Shown here in pieces: positions 9,923-18,228 of a DNA stretch of 64,000 bases. The translations under genes and the position numbers were made by a program. This DNA is from Gemmatimonadaceae bacterium (GTDB lineage: Bacteria > Gemmatimonadota > Gemmatimonadetes > Gemmatimonadales > Gemmatimonadaceae), in contig DASUXC010000084.1 in assembly GCA_036378095.1 (NCBI GenBank), positions 19,805 to 83,804 of the forward strand, written 5' to 3'. Within the stretch, counting starts at the first letter, position 1, and every line of letters begins with the position of its first letter. Under the pieces are notes generated by a model, which saw only the letters and a program-made list of their open reading frames with translations, was not told the origin of the DNA and searched no databases.

Positions 9923-10082
9923 GGAATCTCGGGAATCGGGAAGCGGGAATCGGGAAGCGGGAATCGGCAAGCGAAGAGCACCGATGTGGATGGCAACGGG
10001 GCCGGCGACCGCCGGCCCCGTTGCGTTCCATGCTCGATCGCTTCCCGATTCCCGAGATTCCCTATTCCCGATTCCCGAGCTC
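9902..10082. repeat. Composite element E2 (GGGAATC family): perfect 44-bp inverted repeat around a 12-bp GC hairpin
   Basis: 9902..9945 (gagctcgggaatcgggaatagggaatctcgggaatcgggaagcg) is the exact reverse complement of 10039..10082. The left array continues with further GGGAA(T/G)C units to about 9972. Central hairpin AACGGGGCCGGC-gacc-GCCGGCCCCGTT at 9995..10022. Confidence 0.92.
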
Positions 10083-12359
10083 CTTCGCCATCTCGCTCAC
10101 GTGCGCCGCTTCGGCGTCGAGCACGGCGGCGATGCGGGCGATCTCGGTGTTCGCGGCCGTCCATTCCCCCTGCTCGATCGCCTCGCGCGCGCCGGGCATG
10201 GTCTTCACGCCGTAGCCCGTGTAGTAGCCCGGCGCGTAGAGCAGGTGGCGATACCACGGGCGGTTGGGGAGGCCACGATCCGACGTGAGCAGCCGCTCGC
10301 TGGCGAGGAGCTGCTCGTTGATCGACGCCAGCGACGCGCGGCGCTCACTGGAGCCCGCCGCCCGCGACGTGGTGTCGCTCTCCCCCGACCACGCGGCGTA
10401 CGCGCGCTCGAACCGGTCGGCGGCGTGCGCGAGCGAGTCGGCGGCGTTGTGCAGCGCGGCGAACTCGAGCCGCGGCGCCGGCGTCTCCCGCTCCGGCGCG
10501 CGCGTCGGGTCGCGGGGATCGCTCACCAGCGCGTACATGCCATCGTCGATGTCGCGGTTGCGCTGCTCGATCTCGCTCGCGCGCTTGTCGCGGAGCTGCT
10601 CCAGCTCGGTGACGTAGCGCTGCACGGTGGCCGCGAGGTTCGCGAAGCGGAACGGGAGCAGGTCGGCGTCGGCGAGACGCATGACGGCGGTGCCGACGGT
10701 CTGCGCGAGCGCGCGGCCGTAGACGAACGAGGTGTCGGCGAAGTGCGTGTACCAGTAGAAGTCGTCGTACACCGAGTGGTACACCCCGCCCCGGTCCTCG
10801 CCGCCGAAGCCGAGGTTGAGCGACGCGATGCCGAGGTGCTGCACGAAGGGCGTGTAGTCGGAGCCGGATCCGAGCGCGCCGATGGGAAGGTCGCCGCCAT
10901 CCTTCGGCGGCTCGCGGTGGTCATCGGAGGACCGGTGGACGCGGGCGCGCGCCTGGTCGCGCTTCCACACGGTGGCGCCGCTCTCCGGGTCGTCGATGTC
11001 GCGCGCCACGTCGTTGATGAAGCGCTCGAGCGTGTGCGAGCCCGACATCCCGAGGTATCCGCGGCCGTTCCCGTCCGTGTTCAGGTACGCGACCGCGTGC
11101 CGCGCCAGCTCCTCGGCGTGCGCCTCGGCCCACTCGGTCGAGCCGAGCAGCCCCGGCTCCTCGCCGTCCCACGCCGCGTAGACGATCGTGCGCTTCGGCC
11201 GCCAGCCGCTCTTGTACAGGGCGCCGAGCGCGCGCGCCTCCTCCAGCTCGGCCACGAGGCCCGAGATCGGGTCGGCGGCGCCGTTCACCCAGCCGTCGTG
11301 ATGGTTGCCGCGGACCACCCACTCGTCGGCCTCGCTCGTGCCCGGAAGCCTGGCGATCACGTCGTAGAGCGTCTTCAGGCTCCAGTCGGACTTCACGACG
11401 AGGTGCACGCGCGCGGGACCGCTCCCGCCATAGCGATACGTGATCGGCAGCCCGCCGCGCCAGCTCTCGGCCACCACGGGGCCGCCGAGCGCGGCGAGCA
11501 GCGGCTGCGCATCGCCGTACGAGATCGGGAGCACGGGGATCTTCGTGATCGTCTTCGCCTCGGCCACCGTCAGCCGCTTGGCGTCCTTCGTCGCGCCCAC
11601 GCCCGGCGTGAGCGGATCGCCGGGGTAGACCGGCATGTCCGCGACGCTGCCGCGCTGCACGCCATCGCGCGGGCGCATCGGCCCCGCGGGGAAGACGCTC
11701 CCCTCCGCCCAGCCATCATCGGCGGGGTCGGAGTAGATGAGGCACCCGACCGCGCCGTGCTCGGCGGCGACCTTGGGCTTGATGCCGCGCCACGAGCCGC
11801 CGTAGCGGGCGATGACGATCGCTCCCTTCACCGACACGCCGTGGCGCGCGAGCTCCTCGTAGTCGGCGGGGACGCCGTAGTTCACGTAGACGATCGGCGC
11901 GGTCACGTCGCCGTCGGCGGAGTAGGCGTTGTACGTGGGGAGCTGCTCGTCGTGCTGGCCGCTCGTGGGATCGGCGGCCACGGCCGGCTCGCGCAGCGCC
12001 GCGCGGAACGTCGTCGGGGCGACGAGCTCCACGACCCGCTGCTTCGGGGTGGGGAAGAGCACGTCGAAGCGCTCGATCCGCGCCTGCCAGCCGTACGACT
12101 CGAACTCCTTGCGCAGCCAGGCGGCGTTCGTGCTGTCGTACGGCGAGCCGACGTGGTGCGGACGCGCGGAGAGGGTTCGCATGGCCTCGCGCATGCGCGC
12201 GGGCTCGGGGATGGCGCGGAACTTCGTTTCCCAGCCGCGCTCGACGCGCGAGGACTCCGGCGTGAAGCCGCGCAGGGTCGAAGGATCGGTGCGGGTGGGC
12301 AGGATGGAGAGCCCGGCCAGCGCGAGCGCGAGCGAGAGGGAGTGAGCGGGAGTGTTCAT
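10062..12359 (-). CDS. M28 family metallopeptidase, glutamate carboxypeptidase II / transferrin-receptor-like
   Basis: Inner ATG (MNTPAHSLSLALALAGLSIL, signal peptide) of ORF 10062..12461. PA-domain block IVIARYGGSWRGIKPKVAAEHGAVGCLIYSDP, zinc-site blocks GNHHDGWVNGAADP and WDGEEPGLLGSTEWAE, and a C-terminal dimerisation-like region. Confidence 0.9.
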   Translation of the reverse strand: MNTPAHSLSLALALAGLSILPTRTDPSTLRGFTPESSRVERGWETKFRAIPEPARMREAMRTLSARPHHVGSPYDSTNAAWLRKEFESYGWQARIERFDVLFPTPKQRVVELVAPTTFRAALREPAVAADPTSGQHDEQLPTYNAYSADGDVTAPIVYVNYGVPADYEELARHGVSVKGAIVIARYGGSWRGIKPKVAAEHGAVGCLIYSDPADDGWAEGSVFPAGPMRPRDGVQRGSVADMPVYPGDPLTPGVGATKDAKRLTVAEAKTITKIPVLPISYGDAQPLLAALGGPVVAESWRGGLPITYRYGGSGPARVHLVVKSDWSLKTLYDVIARLPGTSEADEWVVRGNHHDGWVNGAADPISGLVAELEEARALGALYKSGWRPKRTIVYAAWDGEEPGLLGSTEWAEAHAEELARHAVAYLNTDGNGRGYLGMSGSHTLERFINDVARDIDDPESGATVWKRDQARARVHRSSDDHREPPKDGGDLPIGALGSGSDYTPFVQHLGIASLNLGFGGEDRGGVYHSVYDDFYWYTHFADTSFVYGRALAQTVGTAVMRLADADLLPFRFANLAATVQRYVTELEQLRDKRASEIEQRNRDIDDGMYALVSDPRDPTRAPERETPAPRLEFAALHNAADSLAHAADRFERAYAAWSGESDTTSRAAGSSERRASLASINEQLLASERLLTSDRGLPNRPWYRHLLYAPGYYTGYGVKTMPGAREAIEQGEWTAANTEIARIAAVLDAEAAHVSEMAKELGNRE

Positions 12360-12513
12360 GGGCGAACGCGTGGTTGAGTGGTGTCGCCAATCAACCGCTG
12401 GGGGCGGGGGCTCGCAACCGCGCGGCGGAGGCGTCGGGCGGGAGACTCGACCGGGGGGCACCCCGGGGGCGGCCCCGGAGCCACCTCGGGGCCACCCCCG
12501 GGTCGCCCCGGGG

Positions 12514-12846
12514 TCAGAGGTTCTCCTGGATGAAGCGCGGGCTCAGGTGGACGTCGAGCTGCACGAGCGGCCCGTCGCCGATGTTGCGGAAGCCGTGGAT
12601 CTCCCCGGCCTTGATGACGAGGATGTCGCCGGCGCCCGCCTCGAACTCCTCTCCGTTCACCACCCAGAGACCACGCCCTTCGCGCACGAACTGGACTTCA
12701 TCGTACGGGTGGCGGTGGGGTCCGGGTCCCTTCCCGGGGAGGGCGTTGAGGAGGAACACGGAGACGCCGACATCGCCGTTGTCGGCTCCGACGAACTGAT
12801 GCGAGCTGCCCACGAAGGGCAGGTCCTGCTGGCGGACGCGATACAT
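12514..12846 (-). CDS. Cupin domain protein
   Basis: ORF 12514..12876. I prefer ATG 12846 (MYRVRQQ...) because GAGGAG sits 9 nt upstream; 12876 is the alternative. Cupin motifs GPHRHPYDEVQFVREG and GEIHGFRN. Confidence 0.8.
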   Translation of the reverse strand: MYRVRQQDLPFVGSSHQFVGADNGDVGVSVFLLNALPGKGPGPHRHPYDEVQFVREGRGLWVVNGEEFEAGAGDILVIKAGEIHGFRNIGDGPLVQLDVHLSPRFIQENL

Positions 12847-12983
12847 CGTGTGGTGCTCCTCCCCGGTAGGGTCCATGCCTGCGCCGGCCGGCGGAGCGCC
12901 GGCCGGCTCCGGGAAGGATATCAGGCACGGCCGGCCGCGGACCAGTCGGGCCGGGGTTGCGCGCGCCGCCGGCGTTGGTCATA

Positions 12984-13013
12984 ATACCAAGTCTGCTTGG
13001 TATCGCTACCAAC
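12984..13013. promoter_or_regulatory. Two overlapping palindromes in the AT-richest part of a divergent promoter region (candidate operator)
   Basis: ATACCAAG-tctg-CTTGGTAT (12984..13003) overlaps TTGGTA-tcgc-TACCAA (12998..13013). It lies between the cupin gene (-) and the racemase gene (+). Confidence 0.35.
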
Positions 13014-13025
13014 GAGGTCGGGACG

Positions 13026-13724
13026 ATGCGGTACATCGGACTGCTTGGCGGCACGAGCTGGGCGTCGACCGTGGAATACTACGGGTTGATCAACCGGCGG
13101 ATCGCCGCGCGGATGGGCGGGCGGCACGCGGCGAAGATCCTGCTCCACAGCGTGGACGTCGCCGAGATCGACGGGCTGAGGTGCGCCGAGGCGTGGGAGG
13201 ACGCGGCCGCCATCCTCGCCGACGCGGCGGTGGGGCTCGAGCGCGGCGGCGCGGAGGCGATCGTCCTCTGCGCGAACACCATGCACCGCGTGGCCCCGGC
13301 CATCGAGACCGCGCTCGGCGTGCCGCTGCTGCACATCGTCGACCCCGCCGGACACGCGCTTCAGGCGGCGGGGATCCGGCGGGCCGCCCTGCTCGGGACC
13401 CGCTACACGATGGAGGAGCCCTTCTGGCGCGACCGGCTCGCCGACGGGTTCGGCGTCGAGCTGCGCGTGCCCGGCGCCGCGGATCGCCAGCTCATCCACC
13501 GCGTGATCCACGATGAGCTCTGCCACGACGAGTGCTACGAGCGGTCCCGCGCCGCGTGCGTGTCGATCATCGAGCAGATGGCCAGGGAGGGCGCGGAGGC
13601 GGTGATCCTCGGGTGCACCGAGATCGGGATCCTGATCCGGCAGTCGGATGTGACGCTGCCCCTGTTCGACACCACCACGCTGCACGCGGAGGCGGCCGCG
13701 TCGTTCGCGCTGGGCGCGGCGTAG
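13026..13724 (+). CDS. Aspartate/glutamate racemase family protein
   Basis: Inner ATG (MRYIGLLGGTSWASTVEYY) of ORF 12957..13724. The two catalytic-Cys blocks are IVLCANTMH and VILGCTEIG. Confidence 0.85.
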   Translation: MRYIGLLGGTSWASTVEYYGLINRRIAARMGGRHAAKILLHSVDVAEIDGLRCAEAWEDAAAILADAAVGLERGGAEAIVLCANTMHRVAPAIETALGVPLLHIVDPAGHALQAAGIRRAALLGTRYTMEEPFWRDRLADGFGVELRVPGAADRQLIHRVIHDELCHDECYERSRAACVSIIEQMAREGAEAVILGCTEIGILIRQSDVTLPLFDTTTLHAEAAASFALGAA

Positions 13725-13726
13725 GG

Positions 13727-13891
13727 CGTCGGGCGTGGTGTGAGCGAGTGGGGGGTGGGGTATGGCGCACCAAGCGGATGTGGCGTGAGGCGGCGTGGGG
13801 CGTGGCGAGTGGCCCGCGCTCCATGCGCCGCGCTCCATGCGCCGCGCTCCGTCCTCACGCCACAAGCGCGTCCATTGTCGCGCCCCACATC
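13727..13891. repeat. Composite element E3 (GTGGCGTGAGG family) between convergent genes
   Basis: G-rich left part (gagtggggggtggggtatgg). Inverted pair GTGGCGTGAGG (13780..13790) and CCTCACGCCAC (13853..13863). Internal 14-bp (2 x 7) tandem CGCGCTCCATGCGC x 2.5 at 13815..13850. Confidence 0.65.
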
Positions 13892-14407
13892 CTACCTTCT
13901 CTCGCCACGGCGGGGAAAGAAGCTCCTCTCCGTGCGCTCGAGCACGTTCGCGATCTCCGCGGCCGCCGCGTCGTACGCGTCGATGACGGCACGGCCCCGG
14001 GTCGTGAGCGCGGCGCCTCCGCCCGCGGGTCCGCCGGCACGACGCGCCACCAGCGTGTGCTCGAGCAGCGCCTCGGCGCGCTGGAGCCAGGCGATCGCGT
14101 GACGGTAGCCGAGCCCGAGCTCGCGCGCGGCGGCGCGCAGCGAGCCGTGCTCGTCGATCAACCGGAGCAGGCGGATGAAGCGCGGGCCGATCACCTTGTC
14201 GCCGTTCTCGGTGAGCAGGAGCACCGCGCGGGCATGGACGCGCCCGCGGCGCCACGACACGCCACCCGCGCAGGCGCGCGGCGCGGCGGACCGGGCACGG
14301 CGCGGGCGCCGCTCGGCGCGTGGGGAGGCTCGAGACGAGGTCTTCCGCATGTCCCTCCAGGGCGTGGGCGAGCGCGCCGGCCGTCGGCCGGGCGCGGCGT
14401 CATTCAT
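13892..14407 (-). CDS. ModE-N-terminal-like winged-helix transcriptional regulator (start uncertain)
   Basis: ORF 13892..14407. Core IGPRFIRLLRLIDEHGSLRAAARELGLGYRHAIAWLQRAEALLEHTLVARRAGGPAGGGAALTTRGRAVIDAY matches the ModE/LysR-type HTH domain. The N-terminal 50 aa are Arg-rich, so ATG 14350 or GTG 14260 may be the real start. Confidence 0.65.
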   Translation of the reverse strand: MNDAAPGRRPARSPTPWRDMRKTSSRASPRAERRPRRARSAAPRACAGGVSWRRGRVHARAVLLLTENGDKVIGPRFIRLLRLIDEHGSLRAAARELGLGYRHAIAWLQRAEALLEHTLVARRAGGPAGGGAALTTRGRAVIDAYDAAAAEIANVLERTERSFFPRRGERR

Positions 14408-14529
14408 GGAAGCTGCAACGGGCCGGGCGCCGCGTCGAGAGCACCCGCCGCCGCGACCTTGCGCGCGAAGCGGGGCGCCGCATCTTCTCGCTGTTCCCCG
14501 GAGGGTAACAACGATCGCCCGGAGCCCGC

Positions 14530-16641
14530 GTGTCGCGTCTCGCGTTTCGTCCCCGCCTCCGCCTTCGTTCGCGCGCGCGCCGTATCGCGCTCACGGCACT
14601 CGCCGCGCTGCCGGTCGGCGCGATCGCCTCCGCGCGCGCCGCGGCCCAGGACACCGCCGCGGCACCGTACCCGCTCGGCGAGGTCGTGGTCTCGGCGCGG
14701 GCCCCGGTGTCCGAGGCGAGCGGCACGGTGCGCATGGTCACGGCGGCGGACATCCGCGCATCCGGCGCGCGCACGCTCGACGAAGCCATCGCGCTCCTCC
14801 CCGGCGTCCACGTGCGCACCGGCGGCGACGGCGTGCCGCGCGTGGACGTGCGCGGCTTCCGTCCCCGCCACGTGCTCCTCCTGCTCGACGGCGTGCCCCT
14901 CAACTCCACGTACGATGGGCAGTTCGATCCCACCCTCGTGCCGGTCGAGGAGATCGCGTACATCAAGGTGCAGCCCGGCGCGTCGTCCGTTCTGTACGGC
15001 GCGGGGGCGCTCGGCGGCGCGATCGACATCGTGACGCGCACCGGGAGCGGGCCGGCGCACGGCGAGATCGGAGGTGAGGCGCGCGAGCGCGATGGCACCC
15101 TCGCGCGCGCCAGCATCGGCGGGGGGAACGCGCGCATCGGCGGCTTCGCCGCGGCGAGCGGCATGCGCACCGACGGCTACCTCGCGCCACGCCTCTCGCC
15201 GAGCGTCGCCGGCTCGGGGAGCGGGGACGCGCTCCGCGCCAACACCGATCGCAAGCGAGTGAACGCGTTCGGCAACGCGAAGGCGCGCATCGGCGAACGG
15301 CTCACGCTCGGTCTGGTGCTCTCCGGCGTGCACGGCGCGTACGGGATCCCGACCACGGTGATCGGCGACGCGAGCGATCCGTTCGCCACGCGAGCGACGT
15401 ACGAGCGCGTTCCCTCCCTCGACCAGCGCTCGGCGCAGCTCGCCGCATCGTGGGCGCCGCGCGGCGCGATCTCGGTGCGATCGTGGGCGTACGTCAATCA
15501 GTACGACGAGGACCACGACCGGTTCGACGACAGCAGCTTCGCATCGATGTCCGATTCCACCGTGCGCGGCACCTTTCACCAGTCGAGCCGCTCGCGCGTG
15601 AGCGGCGTGGGGGCGCAGGTCGCCCTGGAGGCGGCCCGGTGGGGGCGCCTCACGGTGGGCGCGAGCGCGGAGCGGGATTCGTGGCGGTCCGACCTGCACG
15701 TGCGGGACGTGCCGGTGGGGAGTGGCGGTGGCGGCGGTGGCGGCGGTGGCGGCGGTGGCGGTGGCGGAGGCGGAGGCGGCGCGACGTGGTACCGCTTCCG
15801 CGACGTGTCCGACGCGCGGCACCTCGATCACGCGGGACTCGCCGTCGAGTACGAGGTCCGGCCGGTGGCGCCGGTGGGCGTGGTCGTCGGCGTCGCGCAC
15901 GACTGGCTGGCGAAGGACTCGGCCGGGCACGACGATGCGGGGGCGTACACCGCCGGCGCCTACGTCGACGTGGCACGGGGGACGCGCGTGCGCGCCTCGG
16001 CGGGGCGGAAGGTCCGCTTCCCGGCGATCCGGCAGCTCTACGATCCCACCGCGGGGAACCCGGCGCTGCACGCCGAGCGCGCCGACGAGTACGAGGCGGG
16101 GGTGGAGCAGTCGCTCCCCGCGCGGTCGCTGCTGTCGGTGACGGCGTTCGTGACGAACGTGCGCGGCTACATCGAGCGCCCGTCGCCATCGGAGCCGTTC
16201 GCCAATGCCACGGCCTACCGCTTCTCGGGCGTGGAGGTGCTGGCCGAGACGCGGGCGATCGAGCGCGTGCTCCTGCGCGCGGGGTGGTCGTTCCTCGACA
16301 CCCAGGATCGCTCGCCCGGCGCCTCGCGCGACGCGTTGCAGTACGAGCCGCGGCATCGCATCACGCTCGAGGGGCGATGGGCACTTCCGATCGGGCTCGA
16401 CGTGGCGGGCTCGGTGATGCGCGTGACGGGGCAGGTCTTCTACTCGCGCGCGGCGCCCGTTCGGCAGGCGTCGCTCCCCGACTACACGCTGCTCGGCGTG
16501 CGGCTCGGGCAGCGCGTGCTGCGCGGCGCGGTCGACGTGTACGCCGGCGCCGACAACCTGCTCGACGAGGCGTACGAGGACGAGTACGGCTACCCGCGTC
16601 CCGGGCGCACGCTGTACGCCGGCGCTACCTTACGGTGGTGA
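14530..16641 (+). CDS. TonB-dependent outer-membrane receptor
   Basis: GTG start with GGAG 5 nt upstream. Signal peptide, plug block VRMVTAADIRASGARTLDEAIALLPGVHV...VDVRGF...LLLDGVPLN, and C-terminal barrel ending TLYAGATLRW. Contains an unusual 19-Gly tract. Confidence 0.9.
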   Translation: MSRLAFRPRLRLRSRARRIALTALAALPVGAIASARAAAQDTAAAPYPLGEVVVSARAPVSEASGTVRMVTAADIRASGARTLDEAIALLPGVHVRTGGDGVPRVDVRGFRPRHVLLLLDGVPLNSTYDGQFDPTLVPVEEIAYIKVQPGASSVLYGAGALGGAIDIVTRTGSGPAHGEIGGEARERDGTLARASIGGGNARIGGFAAASGMRTDGYLAPRLSPSVAGSGSGDALRANTDRKRVNAFGNAKARIGERLTLGLVLSGVHGAYGIPTTVIGDASDPFATRATYERVPSLDQRSAQLAASWAPRGAISVRSWAYVNQYDEDHDRFDDSSFASMSDSTVRGTFHQSSRSRVSGVGAQVALEAARWGRLTVGASAERDSWRSDLHVRDVPVGSGGGGGGGGGGGGGGGGGGGATWYRFRDVSDARHLDHAGLAVEYEVRPVAPVGVVVGVAHDWLAKDSAGHDDAGAYTAGAYVDVARGTRVRASAGRKVRFPAIRQLYDPTAGNPALHAERADEYEAGVEQSLPARSLLSVTAFVTNVRGYIERPSPSEPFANATAYRFSGVEVLAETRAIERVLLRAGWSFLDTQDRSPGASRDALQYEPRHRITLEGRWALPIGLDVAGSVMRVTGQVFYSRAAPVRQASLPDYTLLGVRLGQRVLRGAVDVYAGADNLLDEAYEDEYGYPRPGRTLYAGATLRW
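15721..15780 (+). repeat. Triplet simple-sequence repeat (GGY/GGA)n encoding Ser + 19 Gly inside the TonB receptor
   Basis: agtggcggtggcggcggtggcggcggtggcggcggtggcggtggcggaggcggaggcggc. Protein reads VGSGGGGGGGGGGGGGGGGGGGATWY. Confidence 0.9.
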
Positions 16642-16690
16642 CGATCACGCGAGCGGCGTCCGGTCGAGGACGACGGGGAGGGGTGTCGAC

Positions 16691-17326
16691 GTGAGAGAAG
16701 CGATGCTGTCGCTGCACGAGGAGCTGCGGGCCACGTCCCGCCTTCCGGTGCTCGCCGGTGCGCGCGGGGGGAGCGCGGTACGGCCCCTGGAGCTGGCGAC
16801 GCTCCTTCTCGCCGGCGTGGCCGCGTCGCTGCTGACGAACCTCGTGCGGCTGCGGCTCGGGATCCCGGGGAGCAGCATCGTGCTCACCGTCTTCCCGATC
16901 GCGCTCGGCTTCGCGCTCGTGCCGCGTCGGTGGGCGGGCTCGGTGATGGCCGGAGGGGCGCTGGCCACCTCGCTCGCGCTCTGGCTCGCCGGCGCGCGGT
17001 TGGACGGCGTGGGAGCGCAGACGAGCCTGCTCCTCACCGGGCCCCTGCTCGACGTGGCGTTCGGCTGGGGCGGGGGCGCGGGAGGGTGGCGGCTGTACGC
17101 CGCCTTCGTCGCCGCCGGCGGGGCGAGCAACGCGGCGGCGTTCCTCGTGCGTGGCGCCGCCAGGCTGGCCGGGGTCGGCGAACATGGCGGAGCGCGATCG
17201 TTCGCGCTGTGGTGGCCGCGCGCCATCGGGAGCTACGCCGCCGCGGGGATCGTGGCGGGGCTCATCGGCGCGCTCGCCTGGTTCCACTTCCGCGCGCGCG
17301 AGGCCGTCGCGCGCGACGGGCGATGA
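16691..17326 (+). CDS. Polytopic inner-membrane protein, unknown family
   Basis: 211-aa ORF (GTG 16691 or ATG 16703) with about 5-6 hydrophobic segments (LELATLLLAGVAASLLTNLV, IVLTVFPIALGFALV, SVMAGGALATSLALWLAG, SYAAAGIVAGLIGALAWF). Its stop overlaps the next start (ATGA). Confidence 0.6.
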   Translation: MREAMLSLHEELRATSRLPVLAGARGGSAVRPLELATLLLAGVAASLLTNLVRLRLGIPGSSIVLTVFPIALGFALVPRRWAGSVMAGGALATSLALWLAGARLDGVGAQTSLLLTGPLLDVAFGWGGGAGGWRLYAAFVAAGGASNAAAFLVRGAARLAGVGEHGGARSFALWWPRAIGSYAAAGIVAGLIGALAWFHFRAREAVARDGR

Positions 17327-18024
17327 TACACATCGGGATCGACGACACCGACACGCTCGACACGCCGGGGACGAACCAGCTCGCCCGCCGCCTCGCGGCG
17401 GCGCTCCCCGCCGGCTTCGCGTTCGTCGCCGCGCTTCGCCACCAGCTCCTCTTCGATCCCCGCATCCCGTACACGAGCAAGAACGGGAGCGCATCGCTCC
17501 TCGTCGCCGCCGACCCGGGGCACGACGCGAGCGAGCTCGTGCCGGTACTGCGCCGCGAGATGCGCGCGTGGTACGTGCCGGGGAGCGATCCGGGGCTGTG
17601 CGTGGCCGGCGAGGTTCCGCTCGCGGTGACCGCGTTCGCGCGCCGCTGCCAGGCGGAGCCGGTGCGTCAGGCGGAGGCACGCGCGCTGGCCGCCCGGCAC
17701 GGGATCCATCTCGAGGGGCTCGGTGGCACCGAGGACGGCGTGATCGGCGCGCTCGCGGCGGTGGGGCTCCTCGCCTGGGGGAGCGACGGTCGCGTGGTGC
17801 ACCTCGCCGGCTGGCCCTGGCCCGACCCCTTCGCCGGCGAGCAGCCCGTGCGCGCGGTGCTCGCGCGCGGCGTCGGCGCGATACGCGTCCTCTCGTCCGG
17901 CGAGATGGTCCGCGACGGCGTGGTCGATGTGGGCAAGCACCTGCGCCCGGCCTGGCGAGACGGGAGCGCGGTGCTGTTCGTGGAAGGGGGGAACGGCCGA
18001 TGGAGGGCGGTCAAGACGAGCTGA
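17323..18024 (+). CDS. Stand-alone protein resembling the N-terminal kinase domain (TCKD) of archaeal TiaS (tRNA-Ile2 agmatidine synthetase)
   Basis: Inner ATG of ORF 16930..18024, overlapping the upstream stop. MIHIGIDDTDTLDTPGTNQLAR...LRHQLLFDPRIPYTSKNGSASLLV resembles, from my memory of TiaS, IGIDDTDS..GMCTTY...RLIRLNPxIPYKTRGNGAVSFLV. No OB or zinc-ribbon region follows. Confidence 0.55.
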   Translation: MIHIGIDDTDTLDTPGTNQLARRLAAALPAGFAFVAALRHQLLFDPRIPYTSKNGSASLLVAADPGHDASELVPVLRREMRAWYVPGSDPGLCVAGEVPLAVTAFARRCQAEPVRQAEARALAARHGIHLEGLGGTEDGVIGALAAVGLLAWGSDGRVVHLAGWPWPDPFAGEQPVRAVLARGVGAIRVLSSGEMVRDGVVDVGKHLRPAWRDGSAVLFVEGGNGRWRAVKTS

Positions 18025-18228
18025 CCGCCCGATTCCCGTCGTGCGGCAGCCGTCCGCGTCGGCGACTCCCCGACACGCGCGGTGTGGATTCGGACCCGTC
18101 CGCCGGCTGAAATACGGACGAAAAATCAGCCCCCACCCGACGGAAGCAGGGTTGCGCCCGGCCTAATGTCCCGGTGCGACGATCGCCGACTTCGCGGCGA
18201 CGCCGGACACCTCATCGCCGAGCCCACC

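Noticed and set aside
9984-12377. 797-aa + strand ORF
   Set aside because: It is antisense to the M28/GCPII-like peptidase, which has clear zinc-site and PA-domain motifs.
14408-14529. Cobalamin or other riboswitch upstream of the TonB receptor
   Set aside because: Only about 120 nt are available, and I could not find a B12-box-like or other recognisable riboswitch core. This cannot be excluded without a covariance-model scan.
14404-16356. 650-aa - strand ORF
   Set aside because: It is antisense to the TonB-dependent receptor and has low-complexity Arg/Ala/Gly composition.
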